Below, in pieces: positions 1-15,142 of a stretch of DNA of 64,000 nt; the stretch's first letter is position 1; each line of letters opens with the position of its first letter. The stretch is from Tubiluchus corallicola (lineage: Eukaryota; Animalia; Priapulida): assembly GCA_030141605.1 (NCBI GenBank), contig JAQGDQ010000001.1, forward strand, positions 434,001-498,000, read 5' to 3'. Position numbers and translations under genes: made by a program. Under the pieces are notes generated by a model. It saw only the letters and a list, made by a program, of their open reading frames with translations, searched no databases and was not told the DNA's origin.

Positions 1-779
1 TACGTAGTAATATAACCTCTGCGTCTGAATACAGTTGTGATTCCAAACTTCGTCAGAGAAACTACCAATTAGTCTTGACCCAGCAAGTAGCATCGAAGAA
101 CATTAGACTAGTATACGTGATGTTTACGTTATCAGTGCGACGTTAGTTACGATCGTAACAAAAGCGAAAAGTACCTGTTACCACCCTGGATGTGGTTCTG
201 TAGTAGGTCGATCTATTTGTCAGTCAGTGGCTAACTCCACTACTGCAGACTGCAGGCCAGCATCTCTGGGACAACTCTGGTGGACGACCACAGGTTACAC
301 CAACTAGGCTCTCACAGTATCACCATGTACATTGCACACCATATCTTGTGTGAAACTTTCTAGTACGGCATTTCTCTTCCAAAACATATAACTTCACAGA
401 GACGAGTAAACGACCTGTCTCGTTCTGTGTCAAGTTGCCGTCTCTATCTAAACGGTGTTCAATGAAGTTCATCGAGAAGCCACTCGCGTAAACAGCTATA
501 ATTTTATTCACCTGTACACTATCGTTAACCTTGACTTAGCCACTGCATTACAGCCGCGATAGGGCAGACAAGAGTGGGTCAGACGGAATTCCAAAGGGGG
601 TTTGTTAGTAGGTGCCTACATCCTAACAAAATATCAGTATTTAATAACACAATTAACTATCACTGCCAGTAGCTAAATATCATACATATCAACTAATTGA
701 ACATACAGTATGAATAGGGCTTAATGTTGCATAAGCATAATGTGAGAACTATTAAATGTAGGGCGAAACATGACACATA

Positions 780-1409
780 GTCTACAGTTTGGGTGCTGAT
801 AGACGTGCGTATAAGTTTTGTGCAGTCGGGTATCTTTATCCCATGTGTAGCTGCCCAGAGTTTATTTTTCGCCCTGAGCGATTCTATTTGTGGCAAAAGG
901 AAAGGATGTTCTATCACAACCACGGTCGCGTTTTGTGCGACTTTTACTTTAAAGTAACGTGTAAAAAATCGGGAGAAATATTTAAAAATGTGAAGAAAGG
1001 GAGGTTACCATTAGATTCGGGTGTTCCCGTTAAGTTGGTATTGTTGAAATGTCTTATTGCTAACCTAGACTAAATATAGTTTTCATGAAATTTAGCTGGA
1101 AATGTTAATTATTACATTACTAACTGTGCATCCAACCCAAAATGGTGGCTAGCAGCGTACTTGCAGCTTGATTTAATTCGCGGGAGTACTGGGCACTTTA
1201 CGTCATTACCGCCCTACGTCATTTTTTCAAATATGCCGGCAACGACTTCGTTTTGCGGGAGATAAAAAATATTTTAAATTTCTCTTACATTTTTAAGCAA
1301 AGCATTCTATGCGCATTGCGCATATATTGTGTGGTGATTTCAATTTTTTTATGTTTAATTGTATATTAAAATGCAATAAATGTTGTTTGAGGGTTGGTTC
1401 TTCCTTTAA
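780..1409. mobile_element. Partial copy related to the Kolobok-like element
   Basis: Shares tggctagcagc.tacttgcag.ttga.ttaattcgcgggagtactgggcac and the flanking region with 33600-34090 (reverse complement). Ends in CCT|TTAA. Confidence 0.6.
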
Positions 1410-3197
1410 GATAACTTAACTGAATCTGTTAAGCTAAGGCTTTTATACAGAGTATCTGAATGTAGCTTTGAAATATCAAACATCAAATATTATAACGATT
1501 TATAATCATAAATACAATTACTACAATATAGATACTCAATGCTATATTTTGTGAAAACAAGGTCTTAAATCTTAAACGAAGCTGGCTTTTCGCGGGTTCA
1601 TCTTCCTCGTCATTATTCATTTATTTTATAACTAAAAAATTTCGTGAAATGCAAATGCAGGTAACAGTACAATAACAATCCTTTTTTGCATTTTTGCTTA
1701 GCAGACTGTACCGCAGCTCTCTTGGCAGGCTGTCAAATTAACATCGGCAAAGGACCATCGGCCAAAGAACCACTCTGAACTTTTTAAAGGTGTCAAAGGA
1801 CTACCTGTCAGGGGGCGAACTGAGCATCTCCACTCAAAGAACCACGGTTTGTAAGAAAAGTTAAAACTCAGCTATGCACTCGACCAACAGGTAAAAGATT
1901 AACAAATACACAAGACTAACAGATGAAAAACTAACCAAATCCTTTAAAGGAATTAACGAAAAGTTGTTTTTATTATGTAATCTTAAAGATAGAGATTTCT
2001 GGCGGAGCTTTTAATAATTTTTAGTTTACTGAACCGTAGAACAGAATACAAGAAACTATATACACTAGAGATAAAAAAGGAACGCATCATAACAATACAA
2101 AGAAACCACATCTGTATGGTATAGTGGTTCAAACACATCTAAACACATACAATAGAGCAACACATATAACTGTGTATACGTAAGATGGAAAATTATCATT
2201 GTATTTAAAATTTCTAGGAAAGTATGAGTTAAACCTCAGTCAACTGTGCATTCAAAGGTTTTTTGGATATATCTAGCATTAATATTTATAATTTCTACAT
2301 CTTGCGACGAATTTAAAACACAAACTTCTCCATAACAAACATGTACTGGAAGCTAGCAGAAAATCAGAGAGAATAATAAAAAGATTCCTATCTTATTTGA
2401 GCGTACAGTGGGCATCCAGTAGGTACAGTTACATGAAATACAGCCTCTAATTTTTTCAAACAATATATAAATACTCGTTGTTCTACAAGTATTTTTTCGG
2501 CTTATGATATCAACCGATTTCAATTGCTAGTTTATGATCACTAATACAAAACCTTGTTAAAGTAGTTTTAGAGCACGTTTCTGCATAATTATTTTCTATC
2601 CTATACGTATTTTTAAAAAGTTTATACGTTCTATGTTTATTACTATTTTGAGTAGGTGCAGCCAGGTTCATTTCCTGTTACTAATACCGTCATTCAACTT
2701 TGTCATTGATGGCCCTTATTAATTTCTTTTTTATTAAATGTACCTTAGTGCTGCCGGACATGTCCAAAGCCCAAATCAAACAACAGTTTTAATGAACGTC
2801 TCACAAAAGTCACCATTTTTGCTGATGTCTTTCGAAAGATCTTATGCGAGACTATTATCTGGCGCGCCCAAGAGATGGAGCCACAAATTCAACAATTTTC
2901 AATTCATTAATAAACAACGTTAATTGACTTAATTCACACTCCTTACAGCATTTCTCACTGTTCTAAAATCATTATACAGCAACAAACGACACATTTTAGA
3001 TTAACACTTTCAGATTTCAACACACCATAACATGATTCTAAATTACAGGAATATGGTGACCATGTATATCTGAAGCATGCAAACAATATCAAACAATCTA
3101 ATTGCTACACACGGATTAATGACATAAGAGAAATGGCGCAAGGGTATATCACACATTTCATACCTTTATGTTTTAAAATATTAATGCTATCCCTAAA

Positions 3198-3199
<2 letters not shown>

Positions 3200-3236
<37 letters not shown>
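3200..3236. repeat. (TA)n microsatellite (others at about 6978-6999 and 36786-36819)
   Basis: Directly visible in the sequence. Confidence 0.95.
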
Positions 3237-3241
<5 letters not shown>

Positions 3242-4530
3242 AAAATATCATTTTGCAAAACAGTTTGCCTTTCATATGTTTGATATTTATTGAAACTACT
3301 GCAAGATTAATATATTTGTACTGTCGCGTGCAGCTAAATTAGCTAAACTAACAGCTTGATTGTTGAGGTGGAATGTGGAGGATTTGGCTGAACGCGGATG
3401 CCTAATAAAACATCTGATGATTACTCATGATCTTACCTTAACGCGCTTTTGAACTATTTTTCACCTGTGTGATTTTTCGCTTTGGAATTTTATTATTAGA
3501 GTTTAAGTGTTATAATTATTCAACGTAAGCTATGCGCACAGACATCGTTTTGTAGTGAATGTTGATAATCATGAATCATAGATAACACCATCCTGGAAAT
3601 ATACTGACGATTTCTGTGAACGCAGTTTGCATATTTCGGCTAGTGTAGTAAAGGCCGAGTTAATCCTGTGTCTGCAAAGTAATTATTAGCACTTCGCAAT
3701 CCAAACCCGAAAAGAAAAGACGCAGATCATCAGAATTTTTCCTAAACAGTGCCATGTACATATATGTTAAAGTAGTAGGCGTTAAACAGCTGGCATTAGT
3801 AATGTGGTAAAAATTTGCTAACAAACAGTAAGAGGCTTACTTATAAGAAACTTACAAGAGATTTTTCTCCGCATTGTCGATGGCTTTACTACTTATTGTT
3901 CGGACTGGATTTCCGTTCGGAAATAAAACATTTTTTTCATTGTAAAATTCCCTAGCCCTACACTGTTATTTTTCCAAAAAAGATTCTCCACTATTTCATA
4001 TCTTAAAATTTTATTTTATTCATACATACTGTTTCATTTATTTTTTGAATGATTTATCCAGTAATTTAGTCAAGTATTATTAATTAACTATTACACGAAT
4101 CATCATAAATTGTAGCATTATGCAAAACGGTAAAATATTAATTGTGCATTGATAAAAACTGACTGCTTATTTTATTCTAATTTTACATTTCAATAAATTT
4201 CGTGACGATTAAGCTCTTGCAAAAACATTGGCAGAGACATCCACATCCCTATGGGGATTACAAGCATTTTAACTGTTATGCCACCAGAGACTGGGCATTG
4301 AAACAGGCAATAAATTATTAAGAAAATCGTGATGTTACCGATTAAAAAATGTAATAATTACAAACAGCAGAGACAAAATCAGAAGAAAACAAAAATCAAA
4401 TGCAATCAAAATCTTAAGCGCACATGGGTTTCAAAATGCGTGACTGGGGTATGGAGCTTGAAGACGTTCCATGTATTCGTGCGTTATTAATGCATAAAAA
4501 ACAGAAAAACACCAGAAATATATTGCTTAC

Positions 4531-4574
4531 CTAATAAGTAGCCAGCGACTAGTGAAAGGGCAATTTTATAAGCT
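4531..4574 (-). CDS. Candidate 44-nt internal exon (AYKIALSLVAGYLL, hydrophobic)
   Basis: Flanked by gttgttatAG and G|gtaagc. Open when entered in phase 2, which matches the upstream exons. Confidence 0.3.
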
Positions 4575-5689
4575 CTATAACAACATACCGGCTCATACAA
4601 GTAAATTCTTTAGTTATTAATAGATGAGTCTAAATAGATTTTATGAACTGCGTGTTTTTGAGCTGTAGATTAGCTATCTCGACATTAAGTGGAAAAAACA
4701 GGACATTAGAGAAACGATTCCTATCTTTTGGCTTCTCTTTTACTGCATGCTCTACGTAAGCTACGTGTGCATGTTTCATAATGTAATTTATGCAAAATTG
4801 AAGCTCACTTGCGTAGCATCTGTAAATGGCATACTGCCGCATACATTACCCTTAGAAAATGAAACGGCATAAAAGTGAATGAATGGAAACACCTATCTAG
4901 TTAAAAGACTCGAAATCCAAATAAAAATGTTGTTTAGCGATACAAATTTAAATGAAAAGGTTAAATTATTTAGTCGTGTGAATTTCGTACAATTTACGGT
5001 TCGTATAGTCATTGTTAGGGTATGAACCTACCCTTCTTTCTAAGGCAGCTATGATTGACACACAGGGCACAAGATATTGGAGCCAAAAGTTACACAATTA
5101 AAATTGCATGTCTGCGCGCTCTCGTTGAAAACAATGCATTAAAAAACAGTTGCGCAACTAAAAGTTTGAGCTCAAATTGTAAGCCTATTTATCGAAACCA
5201 TAAAAATGCTGTGTTTCTCATGATTGCTGTATGTTTTATTTCACAATCTACACTGTTACCTATGATATAGGCCGTTACTGATGGCATAGTCAGCTTCAAT
5301 AAGCGTAAAGTGGCGTTTACGGAGAAATTCATGTTAGTTGATAACCACGATTCGCAGCTATACATGAGACTAAACACCACGACAGCTTTCAGAACGATAT
5401 ATTTTATCCAGACAGAACCATCACTATTCTTATGCACAAATGCAGCATGTTTAAGTTCATGCTTTAATTTGTCTTTGATGTGTAGATTGACGGTAATAGC
5501 TTGCCATCAGAGTTAAACACGGCATCAAGGAAAGTGTACTGGTTACGCCACTTTATTTGTAAAGTGTCTGTTGCAATAGGCTCATGATCAACGCCATCGC
5601 CATTAATAACAAACAACTTTGTTCTTACCAGGTTAATAATAACCCTCTGCTCCTCATAGAAAGATTTAAGTTAGAGAGCTTTTCGGTGC

Positions 5690-6110
5690 ACGCACTTTTT
5701 GGGCCAGCCAGTCATTCGTCATCAGGAGACAATGTTGGTTCTGCAGCACATCAACTTCACGGCAAACAAAGGTTGTCTAATTAGAGGATTGTTAAACAGT
5801 GTAAAGAGGAAGTCGCTTGGAGGTGCTCCCTGTGTAACGCCAAACCCTGTTTTGTATTTGGTGAGGGGCTCAGCACAGAGTAATAGTTGTCATAATCAAT
5901 ACAAATGCTCTTCTTGCGCAGTACCATTAACTTAGCCTTTGACCAATTGCTGGAATAGTGCCCGGACAACAAAGCAGAATTGAAGTATATACACTCGTGT
6001 TGAGAAATATGCTTAAGCAATGATACGGGTATCCCATCAGCACCGGAAAATTTGTTTGAGTTAACTCTGAGTTGCCTTGCCAACTTCATCTGGGGTAAAT
6101 GGGTCATCAA
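5690..6110 (-). mobile_element. LINE RT remnant
   Basis: KFSGADGIPVSLLK, FNSALLSGHYSSNWSKAKL and DNYYSV(NYRPI-like) motifs. Confidence 0.6.
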
Positions 6111-7991
6111 GTGGGACATAAGGACAGTTGGTGATGCCCACACTTATAAGAAGTACACTGGAAACGTCCAAAGTCCAAGGTAGAATGAGATCAGAAGGCT
6201 TATCGGATGTTTGCTGCTACCTATTCCGCGAGGATACTGTGCATTGAACATGGGCAACGCACTGAAACATACAACGCGGTGCATTCGCATGGCTCCGTTT
6301 GGAAAGTTTAAAACATATTGAAACATGTTAATACGCTTACACTGGTTGTCTTTCCGTTTGTTAATGAAACCTTAAAAACCCACACTTTTTACGTTTGGCA
6401 TATCCATATAAGGCTTGCTAATTAGTGATGAAAATAAATATGTGAAGATGTCGTTTTTTCCAGTTTGCTGCGAACTTGTATTATAGGGTGTATTCCCTCA
6501 GCATTTACTCGACTTCGGCCACAAGTTCAAGGCTGCCTTCCCCAAAAGGAGCATATTTTAAAACCGAATGTAGCGCACGAAAGGCCTTCTATCGTGAATT
6601 GCTCGACATCCCATGTAAAGACACGCATGCTTTACTCCTTATGATCAGCCAAGGACGGCATCGAATCTGCGTTCACACCATCCGGAGAAACATTTCTCAT
6701 GAAACTAAAAAAATCGGCAATCCAGCATGTTTCAAGGGGATGTTCATAATTAATGAAAGTGCAGCACGTGGTGCCATCATAATTTTTTTCAGTAAGAATT
6801 TGCACTTGCTTAATTAATTCATTAACTATTTCGGTCCGTAATGCATGCCTAACACTCATTATCCGGCGTCATTGAATTTCAAAGCTTTATCAAAGAAACC
6901 TCTGCTTAGTATTTACTTTCAAGAAACGATGCGGTGTTAACATTATTTATCGTAAAGCAACTGTGTCAGCAACAACACTATATATATATATATATATATG
7001 CACCATACCTTCTGTGGAGGATGGATACTAATGTTGTTATCATTTCACGGTTAAAATAGCCCCCCTCTCCACTATTTCGTTGCCTTAGACTGCCAAAAAC
7101 TTCAATTACTGCAGTTTTGAGACTTAAAAACTATATACAATACATAAGGAAAGAAATAGGCATGATTAAATGTCAAGGGAAAATCTACGAGGAAGGAGTT
7201 TAGAGAAGGTGTACTCAAAAGAAAAGAACATTCAGATCTAGGGTCTGCATCTTGCTGTCCTTGCAACTACTGCCGAATGTGCAGTTTCCTAATGTGCGGG
7301 TAATTTGCGAGATGGTCATATCACTGCACGAAAATGGTAGCCATACTGACGTAAGTCGGAAAGCCAAAGCCAATTTTTCAATCAACTCGGTTTAGTCTGA
7401 AAGTTTGACTGATTACAATATTGCGTGTACTGCTATGGATAAAAGTGACATTGACGGGTCTACTATGTTTACCATGTTTTGAGCAGTTAGAGTTTTGCGA
7501 GCATTTTAATTTGCCAGTTCATTATACGAGTATCGCGAAGTATTTCATGACATCTAACATTTAATCAACATCAATGTATTAATATCTCAATCTCAAGGCG
7601 GCAAGTCCATTTAAATAAACTTTCCGAACTGTAGTTCTTATTTCAGTGTTATCCCCAAGGTTGCGTAATGAAGAATTCGTATTTATATTTTAAAATATAT
7701 TTATGATAAAAATAAAATAGAAAATGTTCGCATAGTTTATATGCAGGCTTGCAAATTCAAAATGTTTGTAGTCATTCGCGAACGTCGCTGTATGAGTGTT
7801 TGTCATTACGGACAAGACCTTCAGAGAACCTGTTCAACATGGGATTATCCTGTACCATACCCTATAACAGAACTAATAAAATTAATCGCGAACAGGCAAG
7901 ATTACACGTGGCGGCAATCAAAGCACTAGAAATTGCTCCGGCTTCTTAGGGTTTCATAATTCTATCGGGTGCGTTCAATCAATCTACTTAC

Positions 7992-8018
7992 CGCGAACAG
8001 CCTTGCCCCACGATGTGC
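7992..8018 (-). CDS. Candidate 27-nt phase 2-2 micro-exon (HIVGQGCS)
   Basis: Perfect donor gtaagt and a frame-preserving length, but the acceptor has a weak pyrimidine tract. Confidence 0.25.
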
Positions 8019-9019
8019 CTACTTCCTAATCAACGAACGTTTTAATCGGTTTAAAATGTGGGTAAATTAAATCACATTTAGCATGTCATTTAATAACATA
8101 AACCACATCAGACAGAACAGCCCTAGGCAGCGGGCTCTGTGTAACCACAAATGGGAGAACCATAACGATGATGATGATGACAATATAGATCAACAAACTC
8201 TTGCACACCTTGTCGTCTACGATGTTCGCTCTTAAAAATACAATTATATATTTAGTGATAATTACGAATGTTTTATGTTAAGTGCTAATTAATTATCAGT
8301 CAATATTAATCTAGCTGGATAGTAATTGCTCTACGGCAGGTAAACAATGTGTTGACTGGATTAGTGAGCCAAAGCGGTAAAAGTACGATTACTATCCAGT
8401 ACGTGTTGTATTTCTCGAAGCCTTCTGTTTTTGATTACCCGCAGAACATGCTAGGCTCCAAATTAACGCAATTAGTTAGTAATTACTCTACTTTGAAAGG
8501 CCTAAACAAATTCCACTAACATGCCACAGATCAAAAGGCAAAAGTCACTGGACATGTGTCAGCATGCCCTGTATTCATGTTTCATTCAATTTGATGTACA
8601 CATGATACTAAGGATCAAATATCGGAGGAACGCATCCCCTTTTTTCATTTTTACTCCCTCCTCGCCCCCGGTTTCGGCATGACTGGGGTTATAAATCGTC
8701 AAAGAAAACTCATATGAAACGTGAGGGAAAGGGTTAGCGTAAAATAAAAGCAATTTTTCTCTTCGCGACTCAGTTTTCGAAAACCGTTTGATTAATGAAT
8801 TAACTGTACACATTTAATCCAAGTTTCAGGTTTGGCTGTTACATGAAGGTAGTTGAGACGACGAGTATTAATTGCTTCGCGCTGCAAGAATGTGGCTTTT
8901 TGACGTGTACGAGGAACCCAGGGCCGTTTCGCTAGTTAGTTCTGGCGAACAGCAAAACTTAACGACAATTTTACTTTATTAAAGTCAAAAGGATGTCCTC
9001 ACAACAATTTTGACAAATC

Positions 9020-9970
9020 CAGCATGAAATTGATCAACATTACAACAATGACATGGATTGAATCTTTTTTGACCAATAAAAGACAACGTGTAGCTATTGG
9101 TAATATTGTATCTGAATATGTTTGTGTAATATCTGGTGTCCCCCAGGAACGTGCTCTTGGACCGCTTTTGTTTCACGTTTTATTAACGATTTATTTGATG
9201 TGGTTGACACCGTAACAGTACAGAGTTATTTGCAAATGATGTAAACTCTATATGTAAACTGTGATCAAAGTTTTTGGTCAAGTCAAAATAGTGATCTTCA
9301 GTTAGCCCTGGATACAATTAACTTATGGGCTAATGAGTGGCAACTAGTTATAGCCATTCCGAAATGTAACATTATGCATATTGGAAATACTAATCCGGGC
9401 GATGAATACCACTTTTCTGAATCTCATTTACCCGTCAAAACAAGTGTGCGTGATCTTGATATTATAATTTTTCATGACCTGAAGTGGACATTGCATTGAG
9501 GTAGCTACTAAAGCCAATAGAATTACAAATATATTGTTTAGAATATTTTTTACTGATGATAAAGACGTATTGTTAAAATCGTACACAGTTTACATAAGGC
9601 CAGTCTGGAAACCAGCTTTATTGAGTAATTTAATGCCATATCCTGAGATTCAGGAGATTCTAAATCTAAAGTCTTTAGAAGAGAGATGCATTCAAAAATA
9701 TTTGGCTTTATGCTACCAAAATATTCGTAAAGATGTTGATGTTGATTTTGACAATTTTTTTGCCCGTGTATCTTAGAGTAGAACAAGGCAAAATCACTCT
9801 GAAACTTTTCGTGCGCCGAACTGCTAAAGTATCATTTGGTCAATTTTTCTCAAATTGAGTTGTACTGATTTGGAACTCATTGCCTGCATATGCTGATGGT
9901 GTATCACTCGTAACTGCACAAAATATTAAGTTATTTAAAAGCCGCTTATATAATGTTAACTTGCATAAAT
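9020..9970 (+). mobile_element. CR1/L2-group LINE 3' remnant (decayed RT)
   Basis: WIESFLTNKRQRV, SGVPQ..LGPLLF, LFAND, KCNIMHIG, LLKSYTVYIRP and WNSLP motifs, with stops and frameshifts. Confidence 0.85.
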
Positions 9971-10142
9971 TTTTTGTACACAATAGGCACCTATAACCAG
10001 TTAATCTCTATGTGTCTTTGCCACACTCTTGTAAACATTGCATGTTTTTTGCCAGCGTGTTTTATATATTGTTTTTGTTATAGATTGTATTTTACTATTG
10101 GATGTGACTAAATTAAATGAAAAATTAGTAACACGATTTCAA

Positions 10143-10280
10143 GATGTTGTTGATGATGATGTTGTTGTTGATGATGATGATGACGACGACGATGATGATG
10201 ATGATGGTGCTGGTGATGGTGGCGGTGGTGGTGGTGGTGAAGGTGATTAATATAATGATAATGGTAATGATGAGGAGGTA
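10143..10280. repeat. (GAT/GTT/GGT)n degenerate trinucleotide repeat
   Basis: Directly visible; lies just downstream of the LINE 3' end. Confidence 0.9.
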
Positions 10281-11088
10281 GGCTAGAAGGAGGAGCAATT
10301 GGGTCAGAAATTTAATCAATTTTAATATTACATACTGGGCAGCAGAACCGATTGTTAATGACGATGACGGCAAGCTAACGATGTTACCGGTGTTAACGGT
10401 AACAACGGTAAACGTGAAGCAGTGCCTACGTTGTGTATTGTAGTGTACTATACGGTTTCATTATAATATTTCTAACAACAAAAGGCAAACATACAAGAAA
10501 AACTAAATACTCAAAAATCAACTTACCAAGACAATTTTAGCGATAATTTTCATTTCTCTACGTGCTCACATGCACTTGCGCTTATATTGTTCATAATAGG
10601 CCGTGCAATGACGTAAATCAATTCGGTCATATAGATTACGGCTGAGACGACTTCATTAACTGCACAGTAATATTGTTTTCTCGCGCTTATTCGTAAGTAC
10701 AAGCCAATTACAAATATTAAAGGCAAAGCTTTCTTATTAATGCACCTTATGAGGTCACGAATGGGCCTATTATGCTGATCAAAATATTCAGGTATAATGT
10801 TGTTATTACAATGTGAATGTGGCATTTACGAATGCGTCACTTATTAAGTAAATTTTTAAGCAATTGTTAGCGTTAGTCTAGTCCAATCTGTATACTAAGT
10901 CTTCTCCCAAGACAAACAGTATTTTCATTTTATAAGCAAGAGCAGGTCCGGCCTACGTGGTTCATTAATTTTAGCAAATCATTGCCAAAATTATGAAAAA
11001 TAACATTAAAAGCTAAAGATATGTTTTAAATTATATGAAAGAGTATAGGTTTATGATCGTATCTCAAATAAAAAATGCGTTTTCGTAC

Positions 11089-11459
11089 CTTTGTGGTTGA
11101 GGTTGAACATGATAAGCATACTGTGACTCATCTTTTCTACGATGCGTACCATCATCTGACGAATGATTTCTAAACCCTGCACTGGAACGAGGATTGGACG
11201 ACCATGAGGTAGTGGCAGCTCGACTTTGTTCATTCTCTCGGTGCTGCTGTTGCGCCAGCACCAATTCCTCGTCTAGTAAAGTATTCCATCTTTGGCGTAA
11301 GTGCGCTCTGCGACGGGCTAATGTCTTAGCCAAAGAGCTGCTTGTGTGATGGACGGGAGTGTGGGGCAAGGAACTGGCAACATCAGCGGGAAAGGAGTGA
11401 GTCCTTGACACTGCTGCTGTTCTTGAAGTGGTTGGCTGCGGTTCCAATTTAAAACTCAT
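11089..11459 (-). CDS. Probable alternative first coding exon of the same unidentified gene
   Basis: ATG with an in-frame upstream stop. About 123 codons of Ser/Arg-rich sequence (RTHSFP, RRRAHLRQRWNTLLDEE), ending at donor AG|gtacg (phase 2). Confidence 0.55.
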
Positions 11460-12358
11460 CTTGTCACTTCCAATGATTCAAAAAGCTCCTCCGGGATAAA
11501 GGCAATGTTCTTTCTTTTCAGTACTACTAGTTCAATACGTAGCGATTAGAAGTTGCCATCACTAATTCCACTCGTAATTGAAATAAAAATACAGATGATG
11601 AACTGGAACTAGAAGGAAGAATACTCTACTACAAGCCTTCTGCTAGCGCGTCTCTTTGTAAATATATCGGCAAGTAGCTGAATAGAACTTGACAACTGCG
11701 TGCATATGCATTGTACTCAAGTCATTAGAGGCAACGCGTGGCGAAGGCAGCAATAATATTTATTAATAACAAACGAATGCACGTCGCTATAGCACACAAG
11801 ATTTGCGTATATCTGCATATTGCTATACTAAAAGATTTCTACGAAGGAATAAGCGAACCTGCGCGGTAATGCAGCGTATCAACGGTCAACCACATAATGC
11901 GCGCGCGGTGAAACGATTTATGTCTGTTTTACACGATTATAGCTGTTATGACTGTTATATTCCCTTGTCTCCTGCAAAGACGGCAAAGATTTTGCGCAAC
12001 GGCTATTCTCAGCGTAGTACCAAACGGATTTCAATCAAAAAATTTGCTTAGAATATGTCACTCTATAGCCAGCCCTTTCGGCATTTCCTGAATCGATATA
12101 GCGGGAGATAATACTACACAGCTCATTACTATTCGCAGAAGGGTGAGTGGCAACGTCAACGTAATTTTATTAGCGGCTTCAGCTAGGGGTTAGCTGGTTA
12201 ATCCATCTTTACCCACATAATAAAGCAACTGAAAGCTCCATATAATATAATATATTACACAACTACTTTCACAGGCGATTAATTCTGCTTTTTTGTTTTT
12301 ACCTTTGCGTATTTTTGCTTTTTTGGATCGAGAAGCGCTATGGCATATGCAAAAAAAT

Positions 12359-12564
12359 ATGGATGTAGTATAATAAAGTTGATGGTCTTTCTGGGAGATT
12401 ATTAAGGTTAAAATTATTAGTCAGACACATAATTCTTATATTAGGATAATTAGCTGAGCAAGGGTTAATGGATGTAGTATAATAAAATTGATGGTCTTTC
12501 TGGGAGATTATTAAGGTTAAAATTATTAGTCAGACGCATAATTCTTATATTAGGATAATTAGCT
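12359..12564. repeat. About 97-bp tandem duplication (109-nt period)
   Basis: atggatgtagtataataaa...ggataattagct occurs twice, with 2 mismatches and a short spacer. Confidence 0.9.
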
Positions 12565-13109
12565 TTTTATTTTATAATTAGCTTTTTAATTAAAAGCTAG
12601 TAAACGCACACCCAGAAAAGACACTATTGCAAGAAGGACGCAGAAAATCGATGGTTAAAAGAAACAGAGAAAATCACTCCTTTGTCTGTTCACTTACTCG
12701 CTCACAAACTTACTCACTTGTTTTTAGTATTTCTAATAAAATAATAATGACAAATGAAAACGTTTGTTAGTGTCATGCATAATGTAAAATAAAATTTATT
12801 TTTAAGAAACAAAAACTTGTTGGATAGCGCATGGATAACAAAACACAAACTCAATAACCACCGGTAAATTGTTTAAAAACCTATACCTGTAATAATAAGT
12901 CGCCCCTCATCATCGTTTGCAGGACAGTAGCACACACGCACGCAATCGCATACTCTATTTACTCTAGCAGAAGTGTAACTATAGCTAAAAATGTTTTTTC
13001 TAAAGGGTTAGCAGGAAATAATTTAAATTTTATAGGTGAACGCAAAAGTACAATGAGGCAAAGTTTTAAGTTTCTACTGTCTGTCCTTTGACAGTTAAAA
13101 GGCTACATT

Positions 13110-13351
13110 GAAAACAAACAAACAAAGAAACATACATACATACATACACACACACGCGCACACGCACCCACACACACACACACAGACACACACACACACA
13201 CACACAAAAAAAACATACATACATACATACATACATACACACAAACATACATACATACATACATACATACATACATACATACATACATACATACATACAT
13301 ACATACATACATACATACATACATACATACATACACACCATCATACATACA

Positions 13352-13382
<31 letters not shown>

Positions 13383-13482
13383 CATACATACATACATACA
13401 TACATACATACATACATACATACATACATACATACATACATACATACATACACAGAAAGAGAGAGAGAGAGAAAGAGAGAGA
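13110..13482. repeat. Compound microsatellite (CA)n/(TACA)n/(GA)n
   Basis: Directly visible in the sequence. Confidence 0.97.
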
Positions 13483-14885
13483 AAATCTTGATAAGATCTG
13501 CATCATTGGACAATAGACAAAATACCCAGCTATAGTAGCCAGCAAATTTAACAATATATTTGATAATAGAAAATTGCTATTAAATTTGACTAATAGTTGA
13601 TCAAAAATCATAGTGAATATCAGGGTAGCTAGGAATTTTTCCGCATACTGAACTAAATGTAAGAATGCTAGCTCTCAAGCTAGAACAAGCAAAAAAGCAA
13701 AACTTATCCTTTAATCAGTTTCCTATGCGTCTTTGTCAATCTCTCTCAATTCAAAACTAGTCCTACCTTAGCGCGCTGGTAGCTTGCAAAAGGCCTAAAT
13801 GGATTAAAAGCGTGTAAGGTGTCGAGAAAATAATAAACGCACTAGATGAATGTTATTGCAGGACAGATCGCATAATAATCGCGTCTTCTAATCTTTTAAT
13901 GAATTATTATATTATTTAATCTCCCTAAATCTTATCGCGTTTTGTCCATACTAAGCAAGAATCAGGTAAGTCCTTGAAGAAATGAGGCATGATACCCACC
14001 TCCATTTGGGCTGTTGCGCTATGAAAGCGACAACAACAGCAATTAAAACAAGTGTTTTACTCGAAATTAAATGCTGAAAAAGTGTGTTATCGTTTTTATT
14101 TTTTGCATTTTATTGCTTCCGTAGCGGTCTACAGGGAAATAGTCAATCATTTTTGACAACACCGATCTACGATAATCTTTGTATGAAATTAGTGAAGAAA
14201 ATTGTTATTTACCGTAAACCACAATTGATTACAAGCGCACGAGATGGCGAAAACTAGCACATGCGCATATACAGAAAATCTGTAGCACAGTCACTGTGTG
14301 AAGCCACACAAGTTAATACTACATGACATGATGCATCTTGCGAGGTGCATGCTTTCGCCACCTTGTGCCCATAAATGTTAACATCAGCACACAGCCGTAT
14401 ATATTGTCACTTTGCAATAAATGAGAGTTCTTTTCTTCCGCTATTCTGTTATTGGACATTAGCATAATAATCAATCAGTATATCTGATTAACAGCAGAAA
14501 CAGCAAAAAGAATTTGTTAATTCAGTGTCTGTGATACCAAAAATTCTTGACATTACTTTTTTTCATTTTGCGTCTGCTCTTAAAAAGTGACAATATTTTT
14601 ATAACAATGTAGCTTTTAATAATCCAGTTTTCAAAAGAATCTTGGACGATCATACCAGACTGATATTGGTTTTCATCTTTGGTGTATGAATTTATAACGC
14701 ATGATTCACAATGCATGAATTTAAAATGATTTTTGAGATAACTATTGCAACGTTTCTCTTTCACGTACACGATAGAAATATGCTTGAAATCAATAGATGA
14801 GTTTCTTTAGCTAATTATGTAAAGCAGCACTGTTACTCATAATTCGAGTTTTCACATAAATAGTTGTAAATCAGCTTGTACTTAC

Positions 14886-15142
14886 TCTTCTAATAACTTC
14901 ATCCGGCGAAACTGAGTTGTTTTCATCTGCGTTTGAACTAAGGCGCATGTTTTAGCATCAGATATATCCACACATCTTCTCTGGCGCTTGTATGCAGTGC
15001 TTTTCTTCGCTTGATTTAAATCGTCTTCCTCAGCTTCTCGTATGGCTTCTATTGCTTGTAATGTTGCCCAATGCAAAGCAGGAGAGGACCCACGACGCCT
15101 CGTGGAAGAACGACGGACAGACGCACCTCGAAAGGCACTCAT
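14886..15142 (-). CDS. Probable first coding exon of an unidentified multi-exon gene
   Basis: Acceptor ttattttgtAG 2 nt before the ATG. Encodes MSAFRGASVRRSSTRRRGSSPALHWATLQAIEAIREAEEDD... and ends at donor GA|gtaagt (phase 2). Coding-like GC content. Confidence 0.55.

Noticed and set aside
1-600. GC-richer stretch, possibly an exon or a GIY-YIG/retroelement remnant
   Set aside because: No sustained frame or convincing motif found; cannot be assigned.
3436-3464. AG...GTAAG-flanked candidate exon (-)
   Set aside because: Stop codons in all three frames.
13066-13611. ORFs encoding MYVC/HTYI repeats
   Set aside because: Translations of the (TACA)n microsatellite.
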